From the NCBI GenBank assembly GCA_964486045.1, contig CAZALK010000014.1, positions 1 through 64,000 of the forward strand: a DNA stretch of 64,000 nucleotides, in the 5' to 3' direction. Of this stretch, positions 51,481-61,346 are shown in pieces (position 1 is the first letter of the stretch; the number at the start of each line of letters is the position of its first letter). This DNA comes from an uncultured archaeon. GTDB lineage: Archaea; Asgardarchaeota; Lokiarchaeia; Sigyniarchaeales; SOKP01. Below the pieces are notes generated by a model, which saw only the letters and a list, made by a program, of their open reading frames with translations, ran no database searches and was not told the origin of the DNA. The translations under genes were made by a program, and so were the position numbers.

Positions 51481-52155
51481 TTGATTTTGCAATTTGACTT
51501 TACAACAAATATTTTAGGACCTTTATCACAATGGGGAGGATTTTTCCTCCTGCTACTTGGTATTATTTGGATCATTTATGCAATATATGAGACAAAAAGG
51601 AGAGGATCTTTCAAAAAACGGAAAGTGGAAACCTGGGATTTTGATGTCACTAAATTTCTTAAAATTTTAACCTATTTCGGGTTTATCGTAGGAATTTTTA
51701 GCATATTGAGCGGAGTTGGAGAGCTAATTCTTGATGTACCTCCAAGTACAGCTTACGCTCTGCTAACCCCTTCGGCTGGTAAGAGCGTTTTTACCGCTAT
51801 TATTCTAATCGTCTTTGGGATTTTTACATTTTTAAAACCTATAAATGATCTCCCAATCGCAAGTGTTATTGGTCTATTGGTTGCTAGTTTAATTATGGCT
51901 ATAATAGCTCTAGCAATCCCCCAACAACTAGTAGAAGTTATCGCAGTATTTATTGATCCAAAGATATTATTAGTAATTATATTTATAATTATCTTTGCGA
52001 TTGTCGCTCTTACGGCAAAATTCTATATGTCTGCAGTAATGGCAGTATCAAAAGCATTATCATGGCCTCCATTAGCATTTATAGTTGCTGCTTTTTGTCT
52101 AATTCAAGGGTTCTTATTATTAGTAGTTGGAGTTTCAATTTCAGGATATTTCTAA
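51481..52155 (+). CDS. Hypothetical integral membrane protein
   Basis: About 6 hydrophobic segments. Confidence 0.75.
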   Translation: MILQFDFTTNILGPLSQWGGFFLLLLGIIWIIYAIYETKRRGSFKKRKVETWDFDVTKFLKILTYFGFIVGIFSILSGVGELILDVPPSTAYALLTPSAGKSVFTAIILIVFGIFTFLKPINDLPIASVIGLLVASLIMAIIALAIPQQLVEVIAVFIDPKILLVIIFIIIFAIVALTAKFYMSAVMAVSKALSWPPLAFIVAAFCLIQGFLLLVVGVSISGYF

Positions 52156-52185
52156 CAAATTACTTTTTTTTCTTTCTTTTTGTGT

Positions 52186-53316
52186 TTAAAAGAGGTTAAA
52201 TCTGTGAGAAGGTGATTTATTAATTTCCCCGATTATTTGATTTTTCAATTCATAGGAACACACGGAGCATTTTCTGTTATCTGTAACATTTATTTTCTTA
52301 AAGGTATATCCTCTTCTTTCTATTAGTACAAATCCACAATGTGGGCAATATGTATTACTCCCTTGCTCATGGTTAATATTTCCTATATATGGAAAATATA
52401 ATCCAGCTTCTTTGGCGATTTTATAAGCCTTATCTAAAGTTTCGTAAGATGTCCTCTTCATAGAAGGCATTTTAAAATCAGGATGATAAGCAGAAAAATG
52501 GGTGGGTGTGTCTTTCCCTAAATTATCAACTATCCAGTTACAAAGTTTCTCGATATCTCTTTTACTATCATTTAATTCAGGTATGATTAAATTTGTAATT
52601 TCAACATGCATACCATTAGATTTAAAATATTTAGCAGTGTCTAAAACAGGTTGAACAGATTTAGCACCACATATTTTCTTGTAAAATTCATCTTTCATAC
52701 CCTTTATGTCAATATTTGCGGCATCTATTCCTACTTCAATCAATTCTTTAGACGCTTCTGGAGTAGAGAATCCATTTGTAACTAAAATAGTCTTAATATT
52801 TTTCTCTTTCAGCAGCTTTGTTGTGTCTATAATCCATTCATGCCAAATTAAAGGTTCATTATATGTATATGCTAAGGTTTTTGCACCACTTTTTATCACT
52901 CTTTTTACCAATTCCTCTGGAGTCATCTCAAATAAGGACATTCCTTCCTTTTCATATCCTTTAAGATCATAAAACCCATCCTTTCCATTATCTGTTGGAT
53001 TTGCTTGAGAGATTGACCAATTTTGACAATTTTGACATCGAAAAGAACATCCTATTGATGCAATTGAATAAGCTGTTGCACCTGGCCAAAAATTATAGAG
53101 AGGCTTTTTTTCAATTGGATCCAAACTTCCAGAAGAAATAAGGGATCCATATATCAAGGAGTATAACTCACCACCAAAATTCTTTCTAGTTCGACATACT
53201 CCAACTTTGTCTAGGACGATTATACATTCATTAGCACAAACATGACATTGAACTTTTTTATCACTGAGTTTATCGAATAGTCTTGCTTTAATTTTCACAA
53301 CTATTACCTTCTCCAA
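52186..53316 (-). CDS. amrS: AmmeMemoRadiSam system radical SAM enzyme
   Basis: DPIEKKPLYNFWPG, CSFRCQNCQNWSISQ, AYTYNEP. Confidence 0.92.
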   Translation of the reverse strand: MEKVIVVKIKARLFDKLSDKKVQCHVCANECIIVLDKVGVCRTRKNFGGELYSLIYGSLISSGSLDPIEKKPLYNFWPGATAYSIASIGCSFRCQNCQNWSISQANPTDNGKDGFYDLKGYEKEGMSLFEMTPEELVKRVIKSGAKTLAYTYNEPLIWHEWIIDTTKLLKEKNIKTILVTNGFSTPEASKELIEVGIDAANIDIKGMKDEFYKKICGAKSVQPVLDTAKYFKSNGMHVEITNLIIPELNDSKRDIEKLCNWIVDNLGKDTPTHFSAYHPDFKMPSMKRTSYETLDKAYKIAKEAGLYFPYIGNINHEQGSNTYCPHCGFVLIERRGYTFKKINVTDNRKCSVCSYELKNQIIGEINKSPSHRFNLF

Positions 53317-53420
53317 ATCGACAAATTGTAAATAGATTCTCTAAATATATAATAGATATGCAATTTTATATTTTTTATATATTATAACAATAAAATATTT
53401 TTGAAGAATGGATTGATGAA

Positions 53421-53855
53421 ATGTCAAGAATAGAAGAAGCGGTATCTTGCTTTACCGATGGTTTTTCTTGTAGTCAAGCAATACTTTCTACTTATGGTAC
53501 AGAATTAGGACTGGATCGCAAAAAAGCTTTAATGATTGCTACCGGCTTTGGTGGGGGTATAAGCCGACTGGGGGGTACTTGTGGAGCGGTGACTGGAGCT
53601 ATTATGGTTATTGGTTTAAAATATGGAAGAGCTAAAATCGAGGATATGGGATCAAAAGAAAAAACATATGAACTTGTAAGAGAATATTTAGAAAGTTTTA
53701 AAAGCATCAATGGTTCAACTATTTGTAATAAATTAATTGATTGCGATATCAATACTCCTGAGGGGATGAGGCACGCAAATGATAGTAATTTATTTAAAAC
53801 ACTCTGTCCTGATTTCGTCAGATCGTCAGCCGTTATTCTGGAAAAGTTACTATAG
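53421..53855 (+). CDS. C_GCAxxG_C_C family putative redox protein
   Basis: CSQA, GFGGG, CGAVTGA, STIC, CP. Confidence 0.9.
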   Translation: MSRIEEAVSCFTDGFSCSQAILSTYGTELGLDRKKALMIATGFGGGISRLGGTCGAVTGAIMVIGLKYGRAKIEDMGSKEKTYELVREYLESFKSINGSTICNKLIDCDINTPEGMRHANDSNLFKTLCPDFVRSSAVILEKLL

Positions 53856-53898
53856 ATATTAAGATTTGTAATAAAATTTATCCTTTCTTTATTTCCTC

Positions 53899-54816
53899 AT
53901 GACTGAGAATGAGAGTAAACTATCCGAAGAAAATTTAAATCAAATTTTAAGGAAGAAGATAGAAAACCTAAAAATTTTAGAGCAAAATGGGAAAGATTCT
54001 GACTACATTAAGGAATTAAGTGATATATCTCTTTTACAATTGCAACTAAAAAGATATGAAGAATCAGAAAATAACTACAAAGTATGTCTTGACCATTTTA
54101 GAAAACAAAAAGACAGATTAGGCCAAGCAGCAGTTCATGGCGTTTTAGGAATTCTACTTTTTGAGAAAGGTGATTATTCAAAATCAATTGAATTCTACGA
54201 AAAGGCACTTACCATTTATAAAGAATTAAATCAAACTCAGGAACAGATCACTTGCTTAAAAGGAATAGGAAATAATTATATTAAACTAAACAAGTTAGAT
54301 GATGCATGTGATGTTTTCCTAAATTGTAGCTCAATATGTTCAGACTATAACGATATTTATAGTTTTTTAGATTGCCTTGGTAGCTTAATTTACATTCATG
54401 AACATACTGAACAATGGGATATTGTTTTCGACTTATATAAGAAAACATTGAAATCTTTTAAAGAACTTAAGGATAGTAGAGGAATTATTACTTCATATTT
54501 TAATTTAGGAATTCTTCAAAAGAAAAACAATAATTTAGAAGATGCGGTAAGATATTTTAAAAAAGGAACAAATGTATCAATTGATTCGAATTATGCAGAG
54601 TTAATCATTAAAGGTTTAAGCTATGTTGGGGAGACTTTATTCTATTTAGGCGAAAAGAAGGCAGCTAAGAATCAATTTATAAAAGCCCTACATTTAGCAC
54701 AAAAAGTTAAGGCAGAAAATGCAATAATTCAATTACGCGTTTTATTGCAATCATTAGGGTTACAAGACAAGCATATTCTTGATGAATTAAGAAGATATGA
54801 AGAAAACAAAAGCTAA
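53899..54816 (+). CDS. Tetratricopeptide repeat protein
   Basis: Repeated LG....G.Y..A...Y.KAL helices. Confidence 0.85.
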   Translation: MTENESKLSEENLNQILRKKIENLKILEQNGKDSDYIKELSDISLLQLQLKRYEESENNYKVCLDHFRKQKDRLGQAAVHGVLGILLFEKGDYSKSIEFYEKALTIYKELNQTQEQITCLKGIGNNYIKLNKLDDACDVFLNCSSICSDYNDIYSFLDCLGSLIYIHEHTEQWDIVFDLYKKTLKSFKELKDSRGIITSYFNLGILQKKNNNLEDAVRYFKKGTNVSIDSNYAELIIKGLSYVGETLFYLGEKKAAKNQFIKALHLAQKVKAENAIIQLRVLLQSLGLQDKHILDELRRYEENKS

Positions 54817-54821
54817 TGCAA

Positions 54822-55595
54822 TTATGTAAATTTTGAAAAGTCAGGCTTTCTATGCTCAAAAAATGCTTTAAAGGCTTCTTGAGCTTCTTGAGATTTTTGT
54901 CTTCTGAAGAATTCTGCTCCTTCTTCTGGCATTAATTTTGAAAGAACTCCCAAGTGATGTTTTTTAATTAACTCTTTTGTTTTTCTTAAAGCTCCTGGTG
55001 GTTTTTCCGCTAATTTTTCCGCTAACGAGACCACTTCGGTTATTAATTTATCTTCGGGGAAAATCTTATTTACCATTCCCATCTTCTCAGCTTCTTCAGC
55101 AGTAAACCAATCTCCAAAGAATAATAATTCTGCCGCACGTTGATGTCCAACCAATTCTGGTAAGTTAAAGGTCGAGCCGAATTCTGGTACTAAGCCTAAA
55201 TTCACAAATGGAAATTGAAATCTGCAACCAGTGCCAGCATAGATTAAATCGAAGTGTAGTAACATAGTAACACCAACTCCAATTGCGTATCCATGGACCG
55301 CGGCTACTATCGGTTTTTTAGCTTTGAGAATCATTTCTGTCCAACTCACTGCTGGTCTTGTAGAGCCAGTTCCCCACTCCAGATCTTGAAAATCTTTTAA
55401 GTCATTTCCTGCACTAAAGCATTTGCCATTTCCATAAATTAATATCACTCTGATTTTTGGATCTTCTTCAGCCATTTCTATCCCTTCAGCGATTCCCGCG
55501 TACATAACTCTTGTAAGAGCATTTCTTTTCTCGGATCGGTTAAAAATGATGTGTTGTACACCATTTTCTGATTTTGTGATTATTTGTTCACTCAT
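54822..55595 (-). CDS. Enoyl-CoA hydratase/isomerase family protein
   Basis: FSAGNDL, KPIVAAVHGYAIGVG, PFVNLGLVPEFG. Confidence 0.92.
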   Translation of the reverse strand: MSEQIITKSENGVQHIIFNRSEKRNALTRVMYAGIAEGIEMAEEDPKIRVILIYGNGKCFSAGNDLKDFQDLEWGTGSTRPAVSWTEMILKAKKPIVAAVHGYAIGVGVTMLLHFDLIYAGTGCRFQFPFVNLGLVPEFGSTFNLPELVGHQRAAELLFFGDWFTAEEAEKMGMVNKIFPEDKLITEVVSLAEKLAEKPPGALRKTKELIKKHHLGVLSKLMPEEGAEFFRRQKSQEAQEAFKAFFEHRKPDFSKFT

Positions 55596-55775
55596 TTTTT
55601 CAAACTCTTTTGTACTTTTTTCAGATATTTTTATATTTATGTATTATATTAGATTACTTTAAAAATATTTAATAAAACTTTTGCAGAAAGGAGTTGCATT
55701 AATTGCTTTTTTTCTCTAAAACTTAAATGGAGTTTTAGTCTTACGATCTAATAACTGTCTGCTAGTAAAACAATT

Positions 55776-55928
55776 TTACTTTCGATGATTCTTATAATCT
55801 TCTTTCTTAGCTTTTCTTAAGGAGGACTGTTCTCCACATTTGTCACAAAAACTGTGTTCTGTGTAAGCAAATTCTCCGCAAGAACTACAAATGAAAGGAT
55901 ACGTTTTTTTAAAGAGCTTAGTGTCCAA
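55776..55928 (-). CDS. Small (50 aa) zinc-ribbon protein, below the ORF-track cutoff
   Basis: TTG start; MDTKLFKKTYPFICSSCGEFAYTEHSFCDKCGEQSSLRKAKKEDYKNHRK with two CxxCG motifs. Confidence 0.7.
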   Translation of the reverse strand: MDTKLFKKTYPFICSSCGEFAYTEHSFCDKCGEQSSLRKAKKEDYKNHRK

Positions 55929-56063
55929 TAATTTTCACATCTAGTTTATAATTTTAATAAAGAAAAAATTGTTCTCTTTTATTTCTTATTAAAATGATTT
56001 ATACATTTCATAGTTTCTTGAAAGAAATGAATATTTAAACAATAATAAAAATTTTTTACTTTA

Positions 56064-56225
56064 ATGATAGAGTTATCAAGCACGATGTAAGCTGATCCAA
56101 TTAGCTATGCTCCAAGCACTCCTCTTAATGAAGAGATAATAGAAAATGGATGGATTCCGAAAGATTTTCAATGAGAAAAATGGGGATTTTTACCTGTCAT
56201 CGGAACTCCTTTAAGGATTAAATAA
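56064..56225 (+). pseudogene. Degraded fragment resembling the C-terminal part of a B12-binding radical SAM protein
   Basis: One frame reads MIELSSTM*ADPISYAPSTPLNEEIIENGWIPKDFQ*EKWGFLPVIGTPLRIK*, resembling the 'P.PGTPL...GW' region. Confidence 0.35.
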
Positions 56226-56295
56226 TTATAAATAAGCTAATTTTCTCTTATTATTCAGAGGATTTCACAAAAAATCAGATTAAAATTTCATATTT

Positions 56296-57738
56296 ATGAA
56301 AATCTGCCCGTATTGCAATGAAATACTTGAGGATGAGTATCCTTATTGTCCACATTGTAATAAACCTTTAATTTCTAATCTTAGGAGTGGAACGAATGAA
56401 AGTTTGAGACCTTACTATGAGAAATCTAATATATTCTCTCAAAATTGGGAAGAGATTGAAGAAAATTATGAAGAAACTTTAATCAAAGATGATCAAATTG
56501 AACGAAAAATACAGAAGATTGATGAGATCTTAGAGAGGAAAGAAATCTTAGGAGATCCAATTCCTGGAACACTGTTTTTAGATAAATCAAGTTTGTACTA
56601 CAAAATGAGGGACATACAAAATACTTTGAATAACCTCGAACTAGCGTTAAAAAATTTTGAAGACGAAGATGATACATATAATATGGCTATTTGCCACAAT
56701 GAAATTGGCTTAATTCAAGAAGACACTGGTTTTTTTGATCAAGCAATTTACCACTTTAATAGATCTCTAGAAATTCTTAAAGAGGTAAGTGATTATCAAA
56801 AAATAATCAAGGTGTTAAATAATTTAGGAAATATCTACTTTTTAATTAAGGATCTAGAACATTCCTATGAGTATTATCAAGAAGCTCTTGAATTATCTAA
56901 AAAAGAAAATTTAATGCTTGAGGAGATTAAAACTTCCAGCAATTTAGTTGAGATTCTCTTCGAATTGAGAAATTTTGAGAGAGTCGAAAAAATTTTGTCT
57001 AAAAATGCCGAATATTTCAAACAGAATGATGATATTTATGGTGTAATAACCAATGAAATCAAACAAGGAAAATTTTATTTTCTACAAGGTGAAGATTTTG
57101 ATCTAGCCTACCAACATTTAAATAGTGCATTAGGATTGATCGAAAGTATAAAAGAAACTACCACAATTTATATTCGATCAACATTAGAATGGGAATGTTT
57201 TCTTTTTCTAGGGAAATTACACTTAATTTGGGAAAATATAATCGAAGCAGAAAATCTACTAATACAAAGTCTTAATTCTCTACGAATCTTCAGTATTGAT
57301 GAAAATCTCTATGAAGGAGATATTTTAGAAAGTTTGGCAGAGTTATATTACGTAAAAGAGAATATGGACAAGGCAATAGAATATTATAACTTGGCCTTTG
57401 ACATATTCTATAAATATGGCGATAACAAGAAATGTGCTGATATTAAAAGCAAAATTGGTACTATTCTCGTAGATTTTAGATTAGATAATTCACTTTCAAT
57501 TAAATTTTTTGAGGAGTCATTGGGTATTTATGAGGATCTGAATTATTTTAAGGAAGCTGCAGACATTTTGCTTAAATTAGGAGAAATTTATACTCACAAA
57601 GGAATGATTGAAATGGCTTTGTCAAATTTAGAAAGAGCTCAAGATTATTATGAAGAACTTCAAGATAATATCAACTCCAGGATGATTCAAGAAAAAATAA
57701 AAGCTCTAAATAATCTGAATGATGTTGTTGATTTTTAA
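56296..57738 (+). CDS. Zinc-ribbon + TPR protein
   Basis: CPYC...CPHC N-terminus, multiple TPRs. Confidence 0.85.
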   Translation: MKICPYCNEILEDEYPYCPHCNKPLISNLRSGTNESLRPYYEKSNIFSQNWEEIEENYEETLIKDDQIERKIQKIDEILERKEILGDPIPGTLFLDKSSLYYKMRDIQNTLNNLELALKNFEDEDDTYNMAICHNEIGLIQEDTGFFDQAIYHFNRSLEILKEVSDYQKIIKVLNNLGNIYFLIKDLEHSYEYYQEALELSKKENLMLEEIKTSSNLVEILFELRNFERVEKILSKNAEYFKQNDDIYGVITNEIKQGKFYFLQGEDFDLAYQHLNSALGLIESIKETTTIYIRSTLEWECFLFLGKLHLIWENIIEAENLLIQSLNSLRIFSIDENLYEGDILESLAELYYVKENMDKAIEYYNLAFDIFYKYGDNKKCADIKSKIGTILVDFRLDNSLSIKFFEESLGIYEDLNYFKEAADILLKLGEIYTHKGMIEMALSNLERAQDYYEELQDNINSRMIQEKIKALNNLNDVVDF

Positions 57739-57767
57739 AAGAATTCTACCTTTTCAATTGCTTTATA

Positions 57768-58448
57768 CTAATTAACAATTTCAAAATCATCCTTTCTGTA
57801 AATTCTCCTCTTATATTCATCAAATCCAATCCCTTTCATAAATGCATATGAAACCTTATTATCCTGGTATACTTCAGCTCGAATTTCTTTAACATTGTTA
57901 TAATTTTGTTTTAAAAAGTTCCATATGTAAACTCCTAAAATTTTTCCTACTCCTCGTCTTTGGAATCTTGGAAGAACTGCCAACGCAGCAATTACAGCGA
58001 TTTCTTTTTCTTTTCCCTCAAAGTCTAGAAGAACAAAGGCTGCATCAATCCCATAAACTTTTGCTATGAGAAAAACGGTGTCACCATGTTCAAGTATTTT
58101 TATAAGATCCGTTTTCGTTATAGGTCGAAATGGTGTATTACTCGTTAACCATGCTCGATTATATATATATTTTAAGGAGTCAACGTCTTCCTTTTTTGCT
58201 TTTCGAACAACTGATTTGACTATATTTTGTTCAATTTTATCTTTTAACTTTTTTTCGAATTCTTTAGTAATTTTTTCTACAGGAAGTCTCATTTGGATAT
58301 AGACCATTCCATCTTCATATAATTCTTCCGTTGATTCATCAACAGGTTCTTCCTTTTTTTTTTTTTTTTCTATGGAGAGAAAAAAAGCTCTAATTCTCCT
58401 CTTTTTGAGATCTAATTTTTTTATACTTCCTAATTTAGAGGACGGCAT
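57768..58448 (-). CDS. GNAT family acetyltransferase
   Basis: LAVLPRFQRRGVG, N..S..F...GF. Confidence 0.85.
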   Translation of the reverse strand: MPSSKLGSIKKLDLKKRRIRAFFLSIEKKKKKEEPVDESTEELYEDGMVYIQMRLPVEKITKEFEKKLKDKIEQNIVKSVVRKAKKEDVDSLKYIYNRAWLTSNTPFRPITKTDLIKILEHGDTVFLIAKVYGIDAAFVLLDFEGKEKEIAVIAALAVLPRFQRRGVGKILGVYIWNFLKQNYNNVKEIRAEVYQDNKVSYAFMKGIGFDEYKRRIYRKDDFEIVN

Positions 58449-58473
58449 AATAAAAATAAGAAATAAATACTCA

Positions 58474-60105
58474 CTATAATAAATTAAGATTCTTGCGAAT
58501 TTTATTCTCGATGTTTTCGTTAATAACTGCCGTTTCCTTAAGTTTTGAAAGGCCTAACTGGATTCTCTTTTTAAAGTTTGGATCTTTTATTAAATTTTTA
58601 TTTTCGGTGGAAAACTCGAAATTTGACCTAATAGCCATATTATCTTCAATTATTTCACTTACTAATTTTTTTAAGCTTAAAACAGAATCTGAAATGAATT
58701 CATAAACATTATCTGGATTGTTTGTCAAATACCCTGGAAATACTACATTCATATATTCTTCCATGGTCTCTTCATTCTCTATGAACATGGTATATATAGG
58801 CATATAAATCCATTGAATAGGTCTAGAAAACAATTCTGATTGATTATCATTCATAGACCATGTAATTAACTCTTGAGATTCTTGTAAGCACATTTTATGC
58901 TTGATATCGATGAGTTCTTTAATTTTATTAAAAAGAATTTCAACTTTTTCTTTTAAAACTACTAAGCTTGATATTTTTTCTTGTTTTTCACTCTGGAATT
59001 CTAATAATAATTTGTCTCTATCTCTCAATTTTAAACTCAGCGATTCCTTGAGTTGTTTTAATCTTATTTTAGCCTCTTTTTCGATCGTTACAGCTCTTTC
59101 TTTTAGATCTACAAATCTTTTGTTAAGTGCTTCTACAGATTCTAAAAATTTTTGACCCTCATTTCTCAGATAGTTAAAATGATTCTGAAAATTAGGGATA
59201 ACGTCTTCAAACACCCTACTTTTTAATGAATCCCCTCTTACAAAAAATTTATTTTTTTTAATTACGTCCTCTAGACTCCTTTCAGTTGTTTTAAACAAAG
59301 TTGAGATACTTTCAATAATTTTCTTTTTTTCTTCTACACTCCACTGATCAATTTTATCTTGTTCTAATTTCACTTGGTAGTCAATTTGAGTGGGATCAAT
59401 CGTTGAAGAGGTCTTATTTATCTGACTAGAATATCGTTTCTCAAGATCTTTTAATTGTACATTTAAATCTACAAGCCATTTTCCTATTTCTCTTTCTATC
59501 AATTCAATTTGAGATTTCCACCTGTATGCATTACCTTTCATTGTGTTTACTATTTCTCGAAAATTATCAGCAATATTTAGAGCCATTTCTGTATTTATGC
59601 TATGATCCAAAACGGTATAATCAATGATAGGTTTATATTCTATTAATGGGATAATACTCATCAATGTTTTTAGAAATTCAGGATTTATTAAACCCTTAAT
59701 TTTAAGTGTATGATATTCAGATTCCTCTCCCTCTCCAATTTCTTCTGCTTCTATATCTCTATATGTTAAAATCTCTACTAATTTGTTCAATTCTTCTAAC
59801 TTTGTTCTATTTTCTACATTCCTTAGAATGTGGCCAATTAAAGGCTGGCGCGGTGGATTTGAAAATTTGTCACTCTTACTAAATATATTTAATCCATCCA
59901 ACATTATGTGTGTGCTAAGGACTCCCTGAATACTTAATATCGGCCAGAGAAGTCTTGAGAAAGATACGATTTTTTCATTATTACCTAAATTATGTGTTAA
60001 AAGATAAAATGAAAGTGTAATTTCATCGTTTCCTTGAACAACTGGCCGTTTTGTAACTTTATTTATAAAAAATGGTAAAAGATGTTGGTTTCCATGCACT
60101 GACAA
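58474..60105 (-). CDS. Hypothetical protein with long central coiled coil
   Basis: 543-aa ORF with a heptad-rich middle flanked by globular ends. Confidence 0.75.
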   Translation of the reverse strand: MSVHGNQHLLPFFINKVTKRPVVQGNDEITLSFYLLTHNLGNNEKIVSFSRLLWPILSIQGVLSTHIMLDGLNIFSKSDKFSNPPRQPLIGHILRNVENRTKLEELNKLVEILTYRDIEAEEIGEGEESEYHTLKIKGLINPEFLKTLMSIIPLIEYKPIIDYTVLDHSINTEMALNIADNFREIVNTMKGNAYRWKSQIELIEREIGKWLVDLNVQLKDLEKRYSSQINKTSSTIDPTQIDYQVKLEQDKIDQWSVEEKKKIIESISTLFKTTERSLEDVIKKNKFFVRGDSLKSRVFEDVIPNFQNHFNYLRNEGQKFLESVEALNKRFVDLKERAVTIEKEAKIRLKQLKESLSLKLRDRDKLLLEFQSEKQEKISSLVVLKEKVEILFNKIKELIDIKHKMCLQESQELITWSMNDNQSELFSRPIQWIYMPIYTMFIENEETMEEYMNVVFPGYLTNNPDNVYEFISDSVLSLKKLVSEIIEDNMAIRSNFEFSTENKNLIKDPNFKKRIQLGLSKLKETAVINENIENKIRKNLNLL

Positions 60106-60326
60106 TGATTTTCTCCCACGATTTAATTCTTATATTTAAAAAATTATTCTCAATTATTAAATTTAAAGAGATTCAGTTTTAAAATTTTAATCTTTTTTTC
60201 TATTGGTGAAAAATTATGTTTAAAATGTTTAAAATTGCTCTTTAAATTAGAAGAATGAAAATGAGAAATGCATTGATTTAAAAATAAATTGAATTTCAGA
60301 AGTTAACAACATTAGGTAAATCTATG

Positions 60327-61199
60327 TCATTTGAGCTGTTCGTAATTATTAGCAATTACCAATATCAAGAGTGCCAACAAGATTATTAAAGGGGGCAAAC
60401 TCGCTCTTAAATGGGGTAAAGATGCAACATCCAGTGCACCCTGTAGTATTCTTCCAAGGAAATATAGAAGGAAGCCAATAGCATTTAAAGCATAAGACTT
60501 TCTTAGAACCCCAAAAGTTTTCCATGCAAGGTAAATAAAAATAAAAGGTATAAATACTACAGATAGAGGCATAAAGATGAAATTCAATAGAAACCTTCCA
60601 ATGGGATATGACCATGAACCAAATTGTATTAATTCTAACTCAACACTAATGCCATAACCACCTTCGAGTACAGGTTTTACAAAATCTGGGTCCATGAAAA
60701 GATTATCCGGTAAAACTAATGCTAGAATCCCGATTATTATCGGTATAAATATTATAACGACCCGGATTAAAATTTTCTGATTATTTTTATCCTTAAACCA
60801 TCCCCCCTCTGATTTACCTTCAGTTTTCTCTGGGGTTTGAGTATCTGGGGGGAGTAGTAATATCCCAAGCACTCCAACGGCACATGCTGTTCCCATCCAA
60901 GTGAAGAACGTTGCCAAGCGATAATTAAACATCAAAAATGCCACAACTTCAACACCATTAGTTCCAGTAAATAATTCTGGTGCGTAAAAATAATATACTA
61001 TGAAAAATACTCTTCCTAAAGCAAAACAAACAAAAAATAAACTGAAAAATAACCAATATGGTTTCTTTGAAGTTCGATACCGCAAGAACAGGAAATAAAA
61101 GAACAATAAGAAGAAATATCCTACTATAATAAAATATAGACCCATCTCGATTCCATCCCAGAACGAGAAATATTGAAATGGAGTTTCTTGAAAAATCAT
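60327..61199 (-). CDS. Hypothetical ~7-TM membrane protein
   Basis: Seven hydrophobic segments counted by eye. Confidence 0.75.
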   Translation of the reverse strand: MIFQETPFQYFSFWDGIEMGLYFIIVGYFFLLFFYFLFLRYRTSKKPYWLFFSLFFVCFALGRVFFIVYYFYAPELFTGTNGVEVVAFLMFNYRLATFFTWMGTACAVGVLGILLLPPDTQTPEKTEGKSEGGWFKDKNNQKILIRVVIIFIPIIIGILALVLPDNLFMDPDFVKPVLEGGYGISVELELIQFGSWSYPIGRFLLNFIFMPLSVVFIPFIFIYLAWKTFGVLRKSYALNAIGFLLYFLGRILQGALDVASLPHLRASLPPLIILLALLILVIANNYEQLK

Positions 61200-61346
61200 A
61201 AATCTTCAGCTCATTTTTTAATATTTGTTAATATTATTTTATTTTTGAATTAAATTATAATTATTATCTTCTACTATTATAAAAATTTAATTTAATTTTC
61301 ATCATTCCTTAAAATACAAATATTATAAATTCTTTTTAAAAACAAC

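Noticed and set aside
56064-56225. Structured ncRNA in this slightly GC-richer spacer
   Set aside because: Only short hairpins; better explained as a degraded coding fragment with two in-frame stops.
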